Source: a virus (lineage: Duplodnaviria; Caudoviricetes). From it: a DNA stretch of 28,575 bases. A model generated the notes under the pieces. The model was not told where the DNA came from, ran no database searches, and saw nothing but the letters and a program-made list of their open reading frames with translations. The stretch is taken from IMG/VR virus record IMGVR_UViG_3300023214_000434, positions 1-28,575 of that record. One strand, given 5' to 3'. Both the position numbers and the translations under genes were made by a program. Shown here piece after piece: positions 28,290 to 28,575 of the stretch (positions within the stretch are counted from its first letter, which is position 1; each line of letters begins with the position of its first letter).

Positions 28290-28346
28290 GTTTAATCCTT
28301 TAAAAGTTACTGTTTACCGCGCCCGTTATACTTAGGTACGTTAGTA
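28151..28346 (+). mobile_element. attC-like site with a long loop, 196 bp
   Basis: Minus strand TACTAAC..AGTAT-AAC-GGGCGCGG ... CCGCGTCC-GCT-GTT-G-ATACT-ATT-GTTAGGT. Confidence 0.7.
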
Positions 28347-28349
28347 CAC

Positions 28350-28574
28350 CTACCAATTTAGCCTGTCTACTGTATTTCGAAAAATGTCACAAACTTGGTC
28401 TGATAATTCAAACCGTTCTTTGTTAATTTCAATTGATTTGCGAATATCACCATCAGCATGCCTTTCAGTTGCAGCTTTCCAATCCATAAACATTTCTATC
28501 AAGTCGAACAGGTCAAATCCATTCACCCCATGTTCGTAATGTTCTGGATGATGGCTGTTGTTTTCGTAATGATG
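28350..28574 (-). CDS. 3' part of a DUF5662-like (HD-type) protein
   Basis: Manual translation: HHYENNSHHPEHYEHGVNGFDLFDLIEMFMDWKAATERHADGDIRKSIEINKERF...NW*. Confidence 0.75.
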   Translation of the reverse strand, partial: HHYENNSHHPEHYEHGVNGFDLFDLIEMFMDWKAATERHADGDIRKSIEINKERFELSDQVCDIFRNTVDRLNW

Positions 28575-28575
28575 G

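Noticed and set aside
1655-28575. Genome-wide TGA reassignment
   Set aside because: TGA terminates several genes with ATGA overlaps; only one internal TGA was seen

Overview
The window looks like part of an AT-rich dsDNA tailed phage or prophage, probably with an FCB-group (Bacteroidota/Balneolota-like) host, which is an inference. Left arm (minus strand): a putative terminase small subunit, a small tyrosine recombinase, an iteron/palindrome intergenic element, the terminase large subunit, a BppU-like protein, a large FN3+LamG protein split by one in-frame TGA, and a beta-propeller protein. A ~1 kb non-coding divergence region (9235-10270) is a candidate genome end and is rich in hairpins. 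It is followed by plus-strand early genes (ArdC, a beta-clamp-like protein, many small ORFs) built from repeated terminator-promoter-operator-leader modules. Next comes a recombination/replication module (RuvC-like, degenerate HAD, SSB, Rad52/Sak, DUF4373-type initiator with 21-bp iterons, DnaB), interrupted by an inverted, frameshifted C5 methyltransferase that carries a nested alternative-frame ORF. The right end is a minus-strand gene array separated by integron attC-like sites, with genes inverted relative to the sites and no IntI in the window. A ~100-nt candidate pseudoknotted RNA lies where the two transcription units converge. All family calls come from motif recognition, not database searches.
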